A DNA stretch of 62,950 nt, filler included, from Octopus bimaculoides (lineage: Eukaryota): the NCBI RefSeq assembly GCF_001194135.2. It is 6 parts of 6 records of this genome, joined end to end, with 100 filler letters (N's around TTAATTAATTAA, not from the genome) between each part and the next. Parts side by side here need not be neighbours in the genome. Positions count along the whole stretch, not along the records: positions 33,232 to 44,244 come from NC_068987.1; positions 44,345 to 46,459 come from NC_068990.1; positions 46,560 to 50,681 come from NC_068996.1; positions 50,782 to 62,950 come from NC_068984.1; 2 more parts are not named here. One strand, 5' to 3'. Numbering within the stretch: the first letter of the stretch is position 1; each line of letters begins with the position of its first letter. The position numbers and the translations under genes are program-made. The notes beneath the pieces were generated by a model. The model was not told the origin of the DNA. It searched no databases and saw only the letters and a list, made by a program, of their open reading frames with translations. Below, in pieces: positions 40,263 to 53,045 of this stretch.

Positions 40263-41544
40263 TACAAATGATGTGTCTCGAAAACCTGTCCAGCTCATAA
40301 TACATAAGATTATTAAATACTTACACGGAAAAATGAGGAAAGTATATGAACAACTAGAACCACTACACTATCCAGTATGCTAAAGTATCTTCTGGCTATT
40401 TTCTATACAAATTAGTCAGCTAGGCTTAAAAGCGAAAAGTCAAGTTTGTTTACACTTAGAACATAACGGGAGAATCATCAATAAATACGCAGATAAATCT
40501 TTTTATAATGTATGTATTTCAAATTCAAATCCAGCAATAAATAGAAATCATGGTACATAGTGTTAAGAATTCCCTTGAAAGGTAACATAACCAACACTAA
40601 TCGTAAGAATAAATTGAGATACCGTCTGCCTTTTGTTCCAATATGAGGAATTTTGTATACATTATACAGCGTTTAAAGAAGATACGTTTACAGATTTCCC
40701 GATGATTCTATTGTTACGTTCTAAATGCAAACAAACATACTATCCATATATTTGGATGTATTCCTCCCTCACTGTGCTAATGTCTTAAGGATAAACTCCT
40801 ACAAACCAGAAAAACAAACATTCACTTATGACTCAGAGAGTAATCTCAAGAAGATTACGGCAATGTGTTGTACCGCTGGGTTTATGTCAGTGAATGCCGT
40901 TAGCACCATGTAACGTTCTGAGAAAACGGGAGATGGAGGAGTAGAGCAAAGAGATGAAGCAAAAAAATAAAAAAATAAAATTCGGCCAAGCTAATGATAA
41001 GATTTTTTCTTTATTTTCTTTCTTTTTTTTTTTCCCTTTTCAACAGATCCAGACTTTATGTCGTTACCGCTCTGTAAGCTGGTTCGGGAGTAACAGACAT
41101 TGTTGCTACAAAAATTTTAATTAATTAAGATTTTGCGAACGGAATGCAGTATATCTCCCATTAAATAATTTATCCAGATTTATTGTATTGATCCGTTTAT
41201 TTGTCTTAGCGCATTCTACTTCTTAATAACACAAATTAAAATTACCAAAAGTGATTAATAGCTTTTAATGTAGGTAAAATTCCTTGACAAAAGATTAGGC
41301 AGTCTTGGCTAGATTATACATTGCTCCTGGCTTATAAAAGACCAAAAGGTTTATAGATAACTTTATATACAAAGAGGACAGTTTGCATCTCTTTAGTTTG
41401 CGTAAATTAACCGTGCGAGAATAACTAATAATTACTCATAATTTATTAATATTTTCATGACTTCCTTTGCGATTTTCCCGATAAGTGTGGCTAAGATATT
41501 GTTTTCATTCACCATGAGATGAGGAAATATTCTTTTCTACTCTA

Positions 41545-41965
41545 GGTACAGGGCTTGAAATTTTGAGGGGGGGGGGCAGTCGATTAGATCGACCCCAGTG
41601 CGCAACTGGTACTTAATTTATCGACCCGGAAAAGATGAAAGGCAGTGTCGACCTCGGCGGAATTTGAACTGAGAATGTAAAAACAGACGAAATACCGCAA
41701 AGCATTTCACCCAGGGTTCTAACATTTCTTATTTCTTTATTGTCCAGAAGGGGCTAAACACAGAGCGGACAAACAAGGACAGACAAAGGAATTAAGTTGA
41801 TTACATCGACCCAAGTGCGTAACTGGTACTTAATCTATCGACCCCGAAAGAAAGAAAGGTAAAGTCGACCTCGGCGGAATTTGAACTCAGAACGTAAAGA
41901 CAGAATCAACACCCTAAGCATTTTGCCCGGCGTGCTAACATTTCTGCCGGCTCGCTGCTTTGAGA
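41545..41965 (-). mobile_element. Dimeric or nested family C SINE
   Basis: Two cores (atcgacccc…ggtacttaat…gtcgacctcggcggaatttgaact) at ~41585-41730 and ~41800-41960, joined by a different tail. ctaacatttct occurs at 41719-41729 and 41935-41945. Confidence 0.8.
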
Positions 41966-42712
41966 TAAGGAAATATTTTTAAAAATCAGTTGTATATGCT
42001 ACTCAATCAATCACTGCGAAACGTATTTATCCAAATTCATGTCATTGGCCTGTTTGTGTTACATCAGTTCGCTCATTATATGCATTTGTTTAATTATGTA
42101 CATTATTCGTTTTCTTAATTTATTGTGAAAGTGAGACAACGAAGGAAGCTTCACATGTTTACTCGACCTGAAATAATAAATCTTATCTCCATGAAAACTA
42201 CACATTTTTATGAGATCCAAGATATTCATATTACAAAGGAGTAGTGATGACTGGAAGATATATCAATCTAAATGTCCTCAATAAAATGTGATAATAGCTA
42301 AATAACATAAAATTTCACTCATGAACATATAGGTTATTATAAGTCACATCTTATCAGCTGGTCATTTCAAATATACCTAAGTCACAACCAAGTTCGTTTT
42401 AAACGCTCAATTCCAATGTACCTCTAGAGATCTATGGTCATCAAACATTAAATAAATTCGGCGACAAATTATACCTAATTAACAATTATGCTGAAAGATT
42501 CGGTAGGTTATCAACCATACGCTTTTTGAGCTGCCAATCGATATGAAGTTGGTTGTTCATCTTGCAAGTCACAAAAAAGGAAGTCTAATAAATAGTGTCT
42601 GCATGTATGTATATACATGCATGCACACATACATACATAAAAAAGAAAGAAAGAAAGAAAGAAACAAACAAACAAACAAACAAACAAACAAACAAACAAA
42701 CAAACAAACAAA

Positions 42713-43290
42713 AAGAATGCGTACAAACGAAGTTGACATTACTGAGACCGATGGGTCAAAAGAATATTGGTGGAACTTGAAAATTAAAACAACCATCACG
42801 TTAAAAACAACCGCTCGATAATCGCTGTGTGGGACCACATAGAAAAGATATTTTCATTTTGTGGAAATCAGCTGCGCCCTGGACACAAATGTGGTTAGAA
42901 AAATACAAGAGAAAGAGGATATCTATGGATAAAGAGTTGGCAAATCCAGTATCTACGATACACTTTCAAGTTATACAGTACTGATTATTATTCATACCAC
43001 ATGATACATACCAATCTGTCTGGAGCGAAGTATGGCTGAACTTGGAATCATGGGGATAGAATGCAAATCCTTAATTCATAGGTTATGAATGATCATGATA
43101 TATGGGACTGTAGAAATCTGCTAGACCTTATGATTTTAAAGGATATCGGTTAAATCAAGATTCTTTCCTTCACAACTTCGCTACAAATCGGTGGCCGGTC
43201 AAAATTTACACTAAATTAAGAAGAGAAAGAGAACAACATATACTTATATCCATAGATTTGGAGCTACAAACAAGAAAACAGAACTCAAAA
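42713..43290 (+). mobile_element. Second, older RLE retrotransposon 3' remnant
   Basis: EYWWNLKIKTTIT / VEISCALDTNVVRKIQEKEDIYG / IPICLERSMAELGIMGIECKSLIHRL*MIMIYGTVEIC*T gives the same C-terminal domain order as 8132-8786. The 3' boundary is approximate. Confidence 0.7.
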
Positions 43291-43454
43291 TATGAAGATA
43301 TACACATTTTGTATTAATAAACAGCAGAGGTTTCACTGTGATTCAAGGGACAAGAGTTTCGTGCTTAGAAACTTACCAAAGATTGACAATAAAACAGGTA
43401 CACACACACACACACACACACACTTACACGTGCATAGATCGCTAGCAGTAAACA

Positions 43455-43610
43455 TTCATTTTTTTCTCTCCTTGTATCTTTCTGGGATCCTTTCTGTGAA
43501 AGAGCGTAGGCTCGAAACTTTAAAAACATTTTTACTTCCCGAGCGATATACTAATACATCTGTTTGTTTTCTACACCACCTGTCTTGTTTGTTTTGTGAA
43601 TTCTCCCCGT
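43455..43610 (+). mobile_element. Second copy of the hammerhead-like short repeat
   Basis: cctttctgtgaaagagcgtaggctcgaaactttaaaaac…cttcccgagcg…ctacaccacctgtc…ttctcccc followed by (TA)n. Confidence 0.7.
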
Positions 43611-44140
43611 ATATATATATATATATATATATATACGTGTATCTATCTATATGTGTGCGTGTACGTATTTACATGTATCTAGACATAAAGATGTATATAT
43701 GCACATAGGTATATGTATACTGATATGTGTGTATTTGTGGGTAAGTGCGTTTGTGTGTGACTATATGTGTTTATGGTACGTATATATTACTACGCAAAAT
43801 ACGAGATGTGAATGGAATTTTAGCAGAATATTTAGAATAAATACAGCCTCTCTTCCATTAGTATTTTACAGAGTTTCAACTTCGAGCTCACTCAGCAGGC
43901 AGATACCAATCAGCTCGCCATAACGTTAGATTTTCTTGGAATTCTTATCCCGCATGAAATCATCTAGGTGTTTTTCTTTTTCTTGTTTTTATTTTTTGTT
44001 CCTCAAACAACTGACCTTTAAAAACTCGATCAGAAGATTTCACACGCGTGCGTACAAGCACAGGCACGTGCGCGCTCCCACATACAAATCTACATACATA
44101 CATAAATATGTATATTTCTGTTTATGCATATATGTATGTA

Positions 44141-44244
<104 letters not shown>

Positions 44245-44344
44245 NNNNNNNNNNNNNNNNNNNNNNNNNNNNNNNNNNNNNNNNNNNNTTAATTAATTAA
44301 NNNNNNNNNNNNNNNNNNNNNNNNNNNNNNNNNNNNNNNNNNNN

Positions 44345-44393
<49 letters not shown>

Positions 44394-44796
44394 TTTACAT
44401 ATATATAACACACACACGCACACACACACACATACACAGACACACACACACACACACGTATATATAATATATATGTGTTTAAATGTATGTATGTATGTAT
44501 GTATCGCAAACACAATGAAGCAGAAGTGACAGTGTTTTTTAAAATATACGCCTATTTAAATGTCTGTCTCCTCGTCGGCCATGATCGTTTTTGCCTCGCA
44601 GACGAATACCTGTTTAATTACTATGTATAACCAACTATCTACTGTGACTGCACATATATCTCTCTAACTAAAATGATGTGCATATCAGTATGTTTGTTTA
44701 NNNNNNNNNNTATTTATTTATTTATGTGTTTCAGCCAAGTGGCTGCGGTCATGCTGGTGCACCACCGTGATTTTCACGTTTCTTGCACGGCTCTTC

Positions 44797-44827
<31 letters not shown>

Positions 44828-45021
44828 AATAAGTCAAGGTGGAATATGCTAAAAAAATTTTATCATAAAAAACATTTGAGTACCGGTTTCAATCATTGAA
44901 ACTTTTCCAACTCTAAGTATGGAAAACAATTAAATTTTGGAAAGTTTAAATGAGAAGTTCTTTTTAAAAATATTTCCATTCTATTCAAATACAAGGCCAT
45001 TTTCCTTGTTTCCGCCTGATA

Positions 45022-45430
45022 TACAGGTTCTGAGGAATAAGTATAAGGACTGTTGCCATAGCAACAAAGCTAAAGCGTGAGAGTAAAGCCGCTTGGCAAA
45101 CGCTGACTTTTACCCCTCTTGTGCATTCGCACTAAGTTTTGACGTCCTAGCTCACTTCTGCTGTTTACAGAAGTGCTTGGAAGGAAGGTGTGTATCGTGT
45201 GATCATCGTATTGACCATGAAATAGTAAGTTCTCATGGTGATACCTGCGCAGATGCCTATGCAGTGTTGCAGAAAGTGTATGGAGAATAGTTTATGAATC
45301 ACACACAAGTGTACGAGTGGTTCTGATATTTCCAAGATGGCCGAAAAAATGTCAATATTGACAAACGTTCTGGGAGACCCGCAACCAGCAGAACTGAGAA
45401 ATACATTGCAAATACGTGTGCAGCTGTGAG
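45022..45430 (+). mobile_element. Mariner 5' fragment (left end plus HTH region)
   Basis: HGDTCADAYAVLQKVYGE*FMNHTQVYEWF*YFQDGRKNVNIDKRSGRPATSRTE is the mariner N-terminal HTH. A TA|CAGG putative left end lies at 45022. Confidence 0.85.
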
Positions 45431-45470
45431 GGGGAAATGTCCGGATCTTTTGCATTCTTGTCCCATTTTG

Positions 45471-45509
<39 letters not shown>

Positions 45510-46427
45510 TTACATATAGAAAGATAGAGAGATAGATATTGTGCTGTACAATATATACCAGAATTTATATTCAATCGCTTCACTTTATATTCAATTGGGT
45601 GTGAACATATTGTATTTTCACGCAGAAAAATCAGAGCTACAATATCGTTACCTGAAAATGTTAATAAATATGGTAAATAAACATAACTCTGGTCCTAAAT
45701 ATATCCTTGTCCAAATGCTTTCGTCTATTCTACGAAGGATATTCATGCTGTATAACGTATAAACTATCCCGTTAATAAATTATAAAGAGTCGGCTGTTAT
45801 CCATGAAAGCAAAGTATTCTAATATATAACAGCAAAATTGAATTGTTTTACGGAAGCACCGATAGGATTTCCAGAAGGAACGAGCTTTCACTCTGTTCTA
45901 TTATCCTAAACAGATAGCAGAGTTTATATTTCGAAACGTTAGCGGCTGGAGACACCAACGTACTTACACAAAAATATAATACTGAAGTGTCTAAATATGG
46001 ATGTAGCAAAGCGCAAATATACTTTCCCGAACAATATCGTTTCAACTACCAGATGACGTAAGACCAACGGGAGGATAGAATAGAAGTTTTAGTCAGAATA
46101 TCTCTTGGCTGTCTGTATGTATACTTGTTTAGGATTGGATATCGTAAGAAGAGGCTCGGTGGATGATTTATAGCATGTCTGCTGTACATAACGTAAAGCA
46201 AACGGAACGCGTGACAACTGAAACGAGACAAAACTACTTACTGAATAAACATTTCACTCATGTACTTCCAAGATTAAATACACAGTAGATAAATAAGCCC
46301 AGAGACAATGCAATGCGATGCAGATGTTTATAGGCACGGACACACATATACACACACAGACACACACATATAATAGTTCGAAGTATTCATTGAAAATTGA
46401 GGCCATTGATTGGCTAGATAGACCCCA

Positions 46428-46459
<32 letters not shown>

Positions 46460-46832
46460 NNNNNNNNNNNNNNNNNNNNNNNNNNNNNNNNNNNNNNNNN
46501 NNNTTAATTAATTAANNNNNNNNNNNNNNNNNNNNNNNNNNNNNNNNNNNNNNNNNNNNATATATATATGTATATACATGTACATATATATAGATATATA
46601 TATACATGTATATACATAGATGTATATGTATATGTATAGATGTATATATATATAGATATGGATGTATATGTATACATATATATGTGTAGATGTATATATA
46701 TAGATGTACACATATATATACACATATATACATGCATACATATATACACCCACACACACACACACCACACACACACACACACACTCACACACAGTCTCAT
46801 ACTCACACACACACACACTCACACATACATAC

Positions 46833-46985
46833 GTGAAGGTGTGGCAGTGTGGTAAAAAACTTAGTTCCAAAACACATGGTCCTGGGTTCAGTACCACTGT
46901 GTTGTGACTTGCCATGTATCTTCTGCTATAGCCTCAGACCAACCAAAGCCTTATGAGTGGATTTTGTAGACAGAAACTGAAAGAA
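46833..46985 (+). mobile_element. SINE family D head/core
   Basis: ggtgtggcagtgtggtaa…acatggtcctgggttcagtaccactg…ctatagcctcagaccaaccaaagcc…gtagacagaaactgaaagaa. Confidence 0.75.
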
Positions 46986-47190
46986 ATCAATTGTATATAT
47001 ATATACATATATATATGTATGTATGTATATAATAATATTAGGGATAAAATCCAAAATTACAGGTAAAAACTCAATTAAAATCAATTTATTAAAAATTAAA
47101 ATTAAAGTAAGCTTCACAGTATAAAAAATATATAAATATATAGTTTTAGGGAAAAGAACCAAGGTTCATGAACTCATCGATGAAAATTCA

Positions 47191-47373
47191 GTTACATATA
47201 GAAAAAAATTAATAATTAAAAGCACAATAAATAAGTATAATATAATATAGTATAATATAATACAAAGTAAATATCATAAGATAAAGATACTATCTTTATC
47301 CTATGATATCTACTTTGTATTATATTATACTCATTTATTGTGCTTTTACTTATTAATTTTTCTATATGTGACA
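47191..47373. repeat. Long AT-rich palindrome (core 41+1+41 bp), running into a gap
   Basis: 47249-47289 is the reverse complement of 47291-47331 with 2 mismatches. It extends outward to ~47191/47372 with a 15-bp insertion in the left arm. Confidence 0.9.
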
Positions 47374-49124
47374 GNNNNNNNNNNNNNNNNNNNNNNNNNN
47401 NNNNNNNNNNNNNNNNNNNNNNNNNNNNNNNNNNNNNNNNNNNNNNNNNNNNNNNNNNNNNNNNNNNNNNNNNNNNNNNNNNNNNNNNNNNNNNNNNNNN
47501 NNNNNNNNNNNNNNNNNNNNNNNNNNNNNNNNNNNNNNNNNNNNNNNNNNNNNNNNNNNNNNNNNNNNNNNNNNNNNNNNNNNNNNNNNNNNNNNNNNNN
47601 NNNNNNNNNNNNNNNNNNNNNNNNNNNNNNNNNNNNNNNNNNNNNNNNNNNNNNNNNNNNNNNNNNNNNNNNNNNNNNNNNNNNNNNNNNNNNNNNNNNN
47701 NNNNNNNNNNNNNNNNNNNNNNNNNNNNNNNNNNNNNNNNNNNNNNNNNNNNNNNNNNNNNNNNNNNNNNNNNNNNNNNNNNNNNNNNNNNNNNNNNNNN
47801 NNNNNNNNNNNNNNNNNNNNNNNNNNNNNNNNNNNNNNNNNNNNNNNNNNNNNNNNNNNNNNNNNNNNNNNNNNNNNNNNNNNNNNNNNNNNNNNNNNNN
47901 NNNNNNNNNNNNNNNNNNNNNNNNNNNNNNNNNNNNNNNNNNNNNNNNNNNNNNNNNNNNNNNNNNNNNNNNNNNNNNNNNNNNNNNNNNNNNNNNNNNN
48001 NNNNNNNNNNNNNNNNNNNNNNNNNNNNNNNNNNNNNNNNNNNNNNNNNNNNNNNNNNNNNNNNNNNNNNNNNNNNNNNNNNNNNNNNNNNNNNNNNNNN
48101 NNNNNNNNNNNNNNNNNNNNNNNNNNNNNNNNNNNNNNNNNNNNNNNNNNNNNNNNNNNAACAGCTATAACCCCCATGAAAATTGATATATTTTTGCTGT
48201 TGATGAAATTTTAACCATAGAAATTAGACACAAATGAAGTAATATTTCTAAAATTTCATCTTCTTAGAAGTTAGAAACACCCCTTCATGGGGACTTAACA
48301 CCCACAATTTAGTCATTTTATCTAAGCAAAGACGAATACAGTTGTACTCTTGGAAGCTGTAGGGTCACCTGAGCACAAAAGATGAGCGTTATTTGTAATT
48401 TAATGGTACAACAGTGTAAGACTTTGCTTTAAGATATACTTAGATTGTGATTTCTGCAATGTGGTGCATGAATTGTCAAGTAAAGGAGAGGCATCTTTGC
48501 CTCCACTGATTCAGTTGCAAAGTGTTGAGTAAAGTTATTTGGTTCCAGACCTCTTTTGAGTCTTTTTATTATCACTGGGTCACACATAGTCCCCCAATGG
48601 TAACATTGATTTCAAGGCCTTCCCAGATGAGTGACCGGTTATTGAAAGACACTTATAGATTGTAAATTTATTCTGTCCAGTTACCTATCAGTATAGTGGT
48701 CATTTGCAAACTCCAGAGGTAACACTTTCATTTCCCCTTACCCCTCACATCACACAGGTGTTAATGTTTGAGTTGGGTCACACCCTTCCAATTGCTCTTA
48801 TGGCTGTACCTGCCACCTGTATTGGTGAGGAATCCTACATTGGAGAGTAGTAACGACTAGGGTAGGGTAGCTGACTGCTTATTGTGCTCATTCATCTTTT
48901 GGTTTTCTGTAGCTTTGCTCTCTTTTACAAACCCAGTGAACATACATATATTTCCTATTTCAAAGAAATTCGAACAATATATATAAGACCCAAGTTCAAA
49001 AGATTCTCAACAATTCAATTTCCCAAGAGGGGCCTTAACTCTCACATTTTAGAGCTCCATGACATCCATTTTTCAGGAGCAAAATCCTTTTAACAGGTTC
49101 CACAAGACTGGAATTTTGGATTTT

Positions 49125-50141
49125 GCACGCACTTCTTCACCTCTCCAGTTCGTGCTTCACAGCGTTCAATACACACACACTTCTCCATGTCTGGCTGTAC
49201 AGCCTTTTTGTTTGTTTATTTCACCNNNNNNNNNNNNNNNNNNNNNNNNNNNNNNNNNNNNNNNNNNNNNNNNNNNNNNNNNNNNNNNNNNNNNNNNNNN
49301 NNNNNNNNNNNNNNNNNNNNNNNNNNNNNNNNNNNNNNNNNNNNNNNNNNNNNNNNNNNNNNNNNNNNNNNNNNNNNNNNNNNNNNNNNNNNNNNNNNNN
49401 NNNNNNNNNNNNNNNNNNNNNNNNNNNNNNNNNNNNNNNNNNNNNNNNNNNNNNNNNNNNNNNNNNNNNNNNNNNNNNNNNNNNNNNNNNNNNNNNNNNA
49501 ATGGTGGCAGCTGATGAAGGATATGTTCTCTATGTGGCCTGCTTGTTTGTTGTACCTTGTTTATCATTTTGTCTATGTTTTTTTGCAACGTCATGTACCC
49601 AGATATGTATCTATATGTACATGTAGATGAAGGTATGTACATACATGTACATATATATACATATACTCATATATTGTTTGTATTACACGATCGAACGCAC
49701 GCGTTATCTTTACACAGTAAGTTTTGAACTATTTTTCTAACGCGACTCTCTCTATCTCTATATCTATCTTCTCCTCTCATTCTTCCCTCTACTGTTCTTC
49801 GCCTCTCCCTGTCTGTTCTACGCCTCTCCCTGTCACTACTATCTCTCTCGCTCTCTATCTCTCGTTGCTCGTCCTTTGCCTCTCACCATCACTACTACTA
49901 TCTCTCTCCTTCTCTACCTCTCGTTGCTCACTTACATTCTACTTCCTCCCCTTCTCCCTCTGCTACTCTTTCCCCCTACCACTCGCTGGTCACGTGTGTC
50001 CAGTTGCCATTTCTTCTCTGTCTTCGACTCCCCAAGCTTCGCACGCACTTTTTCGCCTCTCCAGTTTGTGCTTCACAGCGTTCAATACACACACACTTCT
50101 CCACGTCTGGCTGTACAGCCTTTTTGTTTGTTTATTTCACC
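49125..50141 (+). repeat. 101-bp direct repeat (49125-49225 and 50041-50141)
   Basis: gcacgcactt…tttatttcacc, with 4 differences. The first copy ends at an N gap. Confidence 0.9.
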
Positions 50142-50194
50142 GTTTCATTTTCCTGTCTTGTTTTCCGTCCGCCACAACCCTCCACTACTGGCAC

Positions 50195-50464
50195 AACCAC
50201 CATCACCACCACCACCACCACCACCACCATTACCATCATCAGCATCATCATGAAAAATATTATTTTTAAGATCTATTATTTCTACATTCATTTGCAATAT
50301 ATCATATTTAAAAAAAAAGAAACTATTAATTTTCATTCTGCATTTAATCTGCAGGATCACACTCAAATATGATATTACTGCAGTTGCTGCTGCTGCTTCT
50401 ACTGCTGGTGCAACTGCTACTGCTGCTGCTACAACCAATTCACCACCTCCTCCTCCTCCTCCTC

Positions 50465-50517
<53 letters not shown>
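50195..50517. repeat. Compound trinucleotide tracts (CAC)/(TGC)/(CCT)/(TAC)
   Basis: Direct reading. Confidence 0.85.
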
Positions 50518-50518
<1 letters not shown>

Positions 50519-50526
50519 TCATTTGA

Positions 50527-51005
50527 GATGTGTGTGTGGTAAGAAGCTTGCATCCCAGCCACATGGTTCCGAGTTCAATCCCACTGCGTGGCACCTTGGT
50601 CAAGTGTCTTCTACCATAGCCTCGGGCTGACCAAAGCCTTTGGAGTGGATTTGGTAGACAGAAACTAAATGAAGCCCATCANNNNNNNNNNNNNNNNNNN
50701 NNNNNNNNNNNNNNNNNNNNNNNNNTTAATTAATTAANNNNNNNNNNNNNNNNNNNNNNNNNNNNNNNNNNNNNNNNNNNNATATGTATGTGTGTGTATA
50801 TGTTTGAGTGCCTGTGTTTGTCCCTCCAACATCACTTGACAATCGATGGTGGTGTGTTTACGTTCCCGTAACTTAGCGGTTCGGCAAAAGAGACCGATAG
50901 AATAAGTACTAGGCTTACAAAGAATAAGTCCTGGGGTCGATTTGCTCGACTAAAGGCGGTGCTCCAGCATGGCCACAGTCAAATGACTGAAACAACTAAA
51001 AAGAG
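50527..51005 (+). mobile_element. SINE family D spanning a gap at its internal microsatellite
   Basis: Head/core at 50527-50681 (B-box-like GAGTTCAATCCCA), linker gap, then tail at 50782-51005 (tttgtccctccaacatcacttgacaa…ttagcggttcggcaaaagagacc…gactgaaaca). Confidence 0.85.
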
Positions 51006-51017
51006 TAAAAAAAAGAG

Positions 51018-51060
<43 letters not shown>

Positions 51061-51939
51061 TAATATTTATAGGCGTAAACTGTTTAATACTGAGGCATAT
51101 ATATATTTATACAGTGTTCACGTGGTCGTGAGAAATGAATCTCTAGAAAACATTCAATGATTACTATATGAAAATGAGGAAAACTTGATCCCAGTGTGAT
51201 TTGAAAATCGCTTCTTCGAGAGTAACGACTAAATACTGCAATGCATTTATCTACTCTAGTGTTGAACTGCGTTTGCAAATTCGCTCATCTTAAAATATTT
51301 TTTCTATTGATTGAATTTAACTGGAGAAGGATAAAATAGGAAGCTGTAATTTTCAACTTTTTTCTGGAGATCATTAGCGGCTCAAATTCAATAAAATTGC
51401 TTCCGCTTGGAATCGAATTCTCATCAGGTTACTCGGCCTACTGTGAATTTAATTCTTGCTCTACTATACTCGACATAAAAACTCTACGTCATGAACATTT
51501 TCGATTATTTATTTAGCGAATGAGAGAAATAAATAAAACGTGTGAAATATTACACGAAATATAGGCGGTTTGTATTTTGTACGACACACAATATTGCATA
51601 GGTACAAATGTTACTTGACACTTAAGGGTGTGTTTTCTGTAATTGTAAGCATGTACTATGAAGTAGTATAGTTCTTTGCAAACATTGGGCACACTAATAT
51701 AATTGGTAAACGTGATGTTAAATTGTAATACTAGGTTCGTCTCTTCTCGTGCATAAGTGTGTTCCACCGGCATAACGTGCAAAAGATAAATCGTAATATT
51801 TCTGTTTGCAAAACATAATTTATAATATTCATTTTCTCAACATTGCCGTGGGATTTCAGCCATGCAATTTATGCTGACAACGAGTGATATTTCTAGCATG
51901 CTGTGTGATAGCAGCAGCTTGCATACGCACGTACGCGTA

Positions 51940-52026
<87 letters not shown>

Positions 52027-52629
52027 GCACAAACAACACTCACATACGCAAAACACGCGCAAACATACACGTATATACATGTTGCTAATTGTTTATGTTG
52101 TTATATCACAGCTCAGCTCAGATCCAACAGACAGGCGATCAAATGCACTTCACCTTTGTTCATGCCATCATTTAGTTTTCAGGCATAGTGTATCTTGGAC
52201 TATTTGTTCACTGTGTCATCTGGGGTAATGTAAAACGTTAACACTTGATATGAGAGATTTTGCTTTAGAAAGGAAACTAGAACCTAGATTTGAAATGCTT
52301 TTAAGAAGACTGGATTGTTACAGATGGAAAGCTTTTCAGATAGCAACGGTTAGCAACGGTTTAAACGCCTTTTTAAAAACGTGTCGAAGTCAAACATGAG
52401 GCATTACTAAGCTCCGCAAAACGCATGTAAATACACATATTGTTTATACCCAGTTGTCAAAAGAGCCGAAGCGAAGAGAGCAATATGCATTAGATGGTGT
52501 AAAGAGCACCAATGAAAAAAAGTGTCACGTGTGATGCATATACTGGAAAAATTCTAAAAGTTTTGAACTTTTAATGTGGATATTTATGTTTTCTTTTAAT
52601 AATTTCTACCATATATCTTTTATTTTTTA

Positions 52630-52883
52630 CTGGTTTCAGTCAGTAGAAAGCAGCTATGCTGGGATATCGTCTTGAAAAATTTTAGTCGAATGAATCAACC
52701 CGATTACTTGTATTTTGAAAGTCTGATCCTTATTCTATTGGAGTATTTTTGCGGAGCCGCTAACTTATAGTGACTTAAGCAAGCCAACACCGGTTGTCGA
52801 CCGTTAGGAGGACACACACACATACACACAGACACACACACACACGCACGCACGTACACACACACACACGCACGTACACACAC

Positions 52884-52943
<60 letters not shown>

Positions 52944-53045
52944 CGGGTAATTTTCAGTTTCCGTCTACAAAATGTACCCAGTTCGAGGCTTCAGTAGAAG
53001 ACACTTGGGACCAAACACAGACCCATGTAGCTGGGAAGCTCACTT
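52630..53045 (-). mobile_element. SINE family D with expanded internal (CA)n
   Basis: Tail at 52630-52810, (CA)n at ~52812-52941, and core ttttcagtttccgtctacaaaat…gtagaagacacttg at 52950-53045. Confidence 0.7.
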
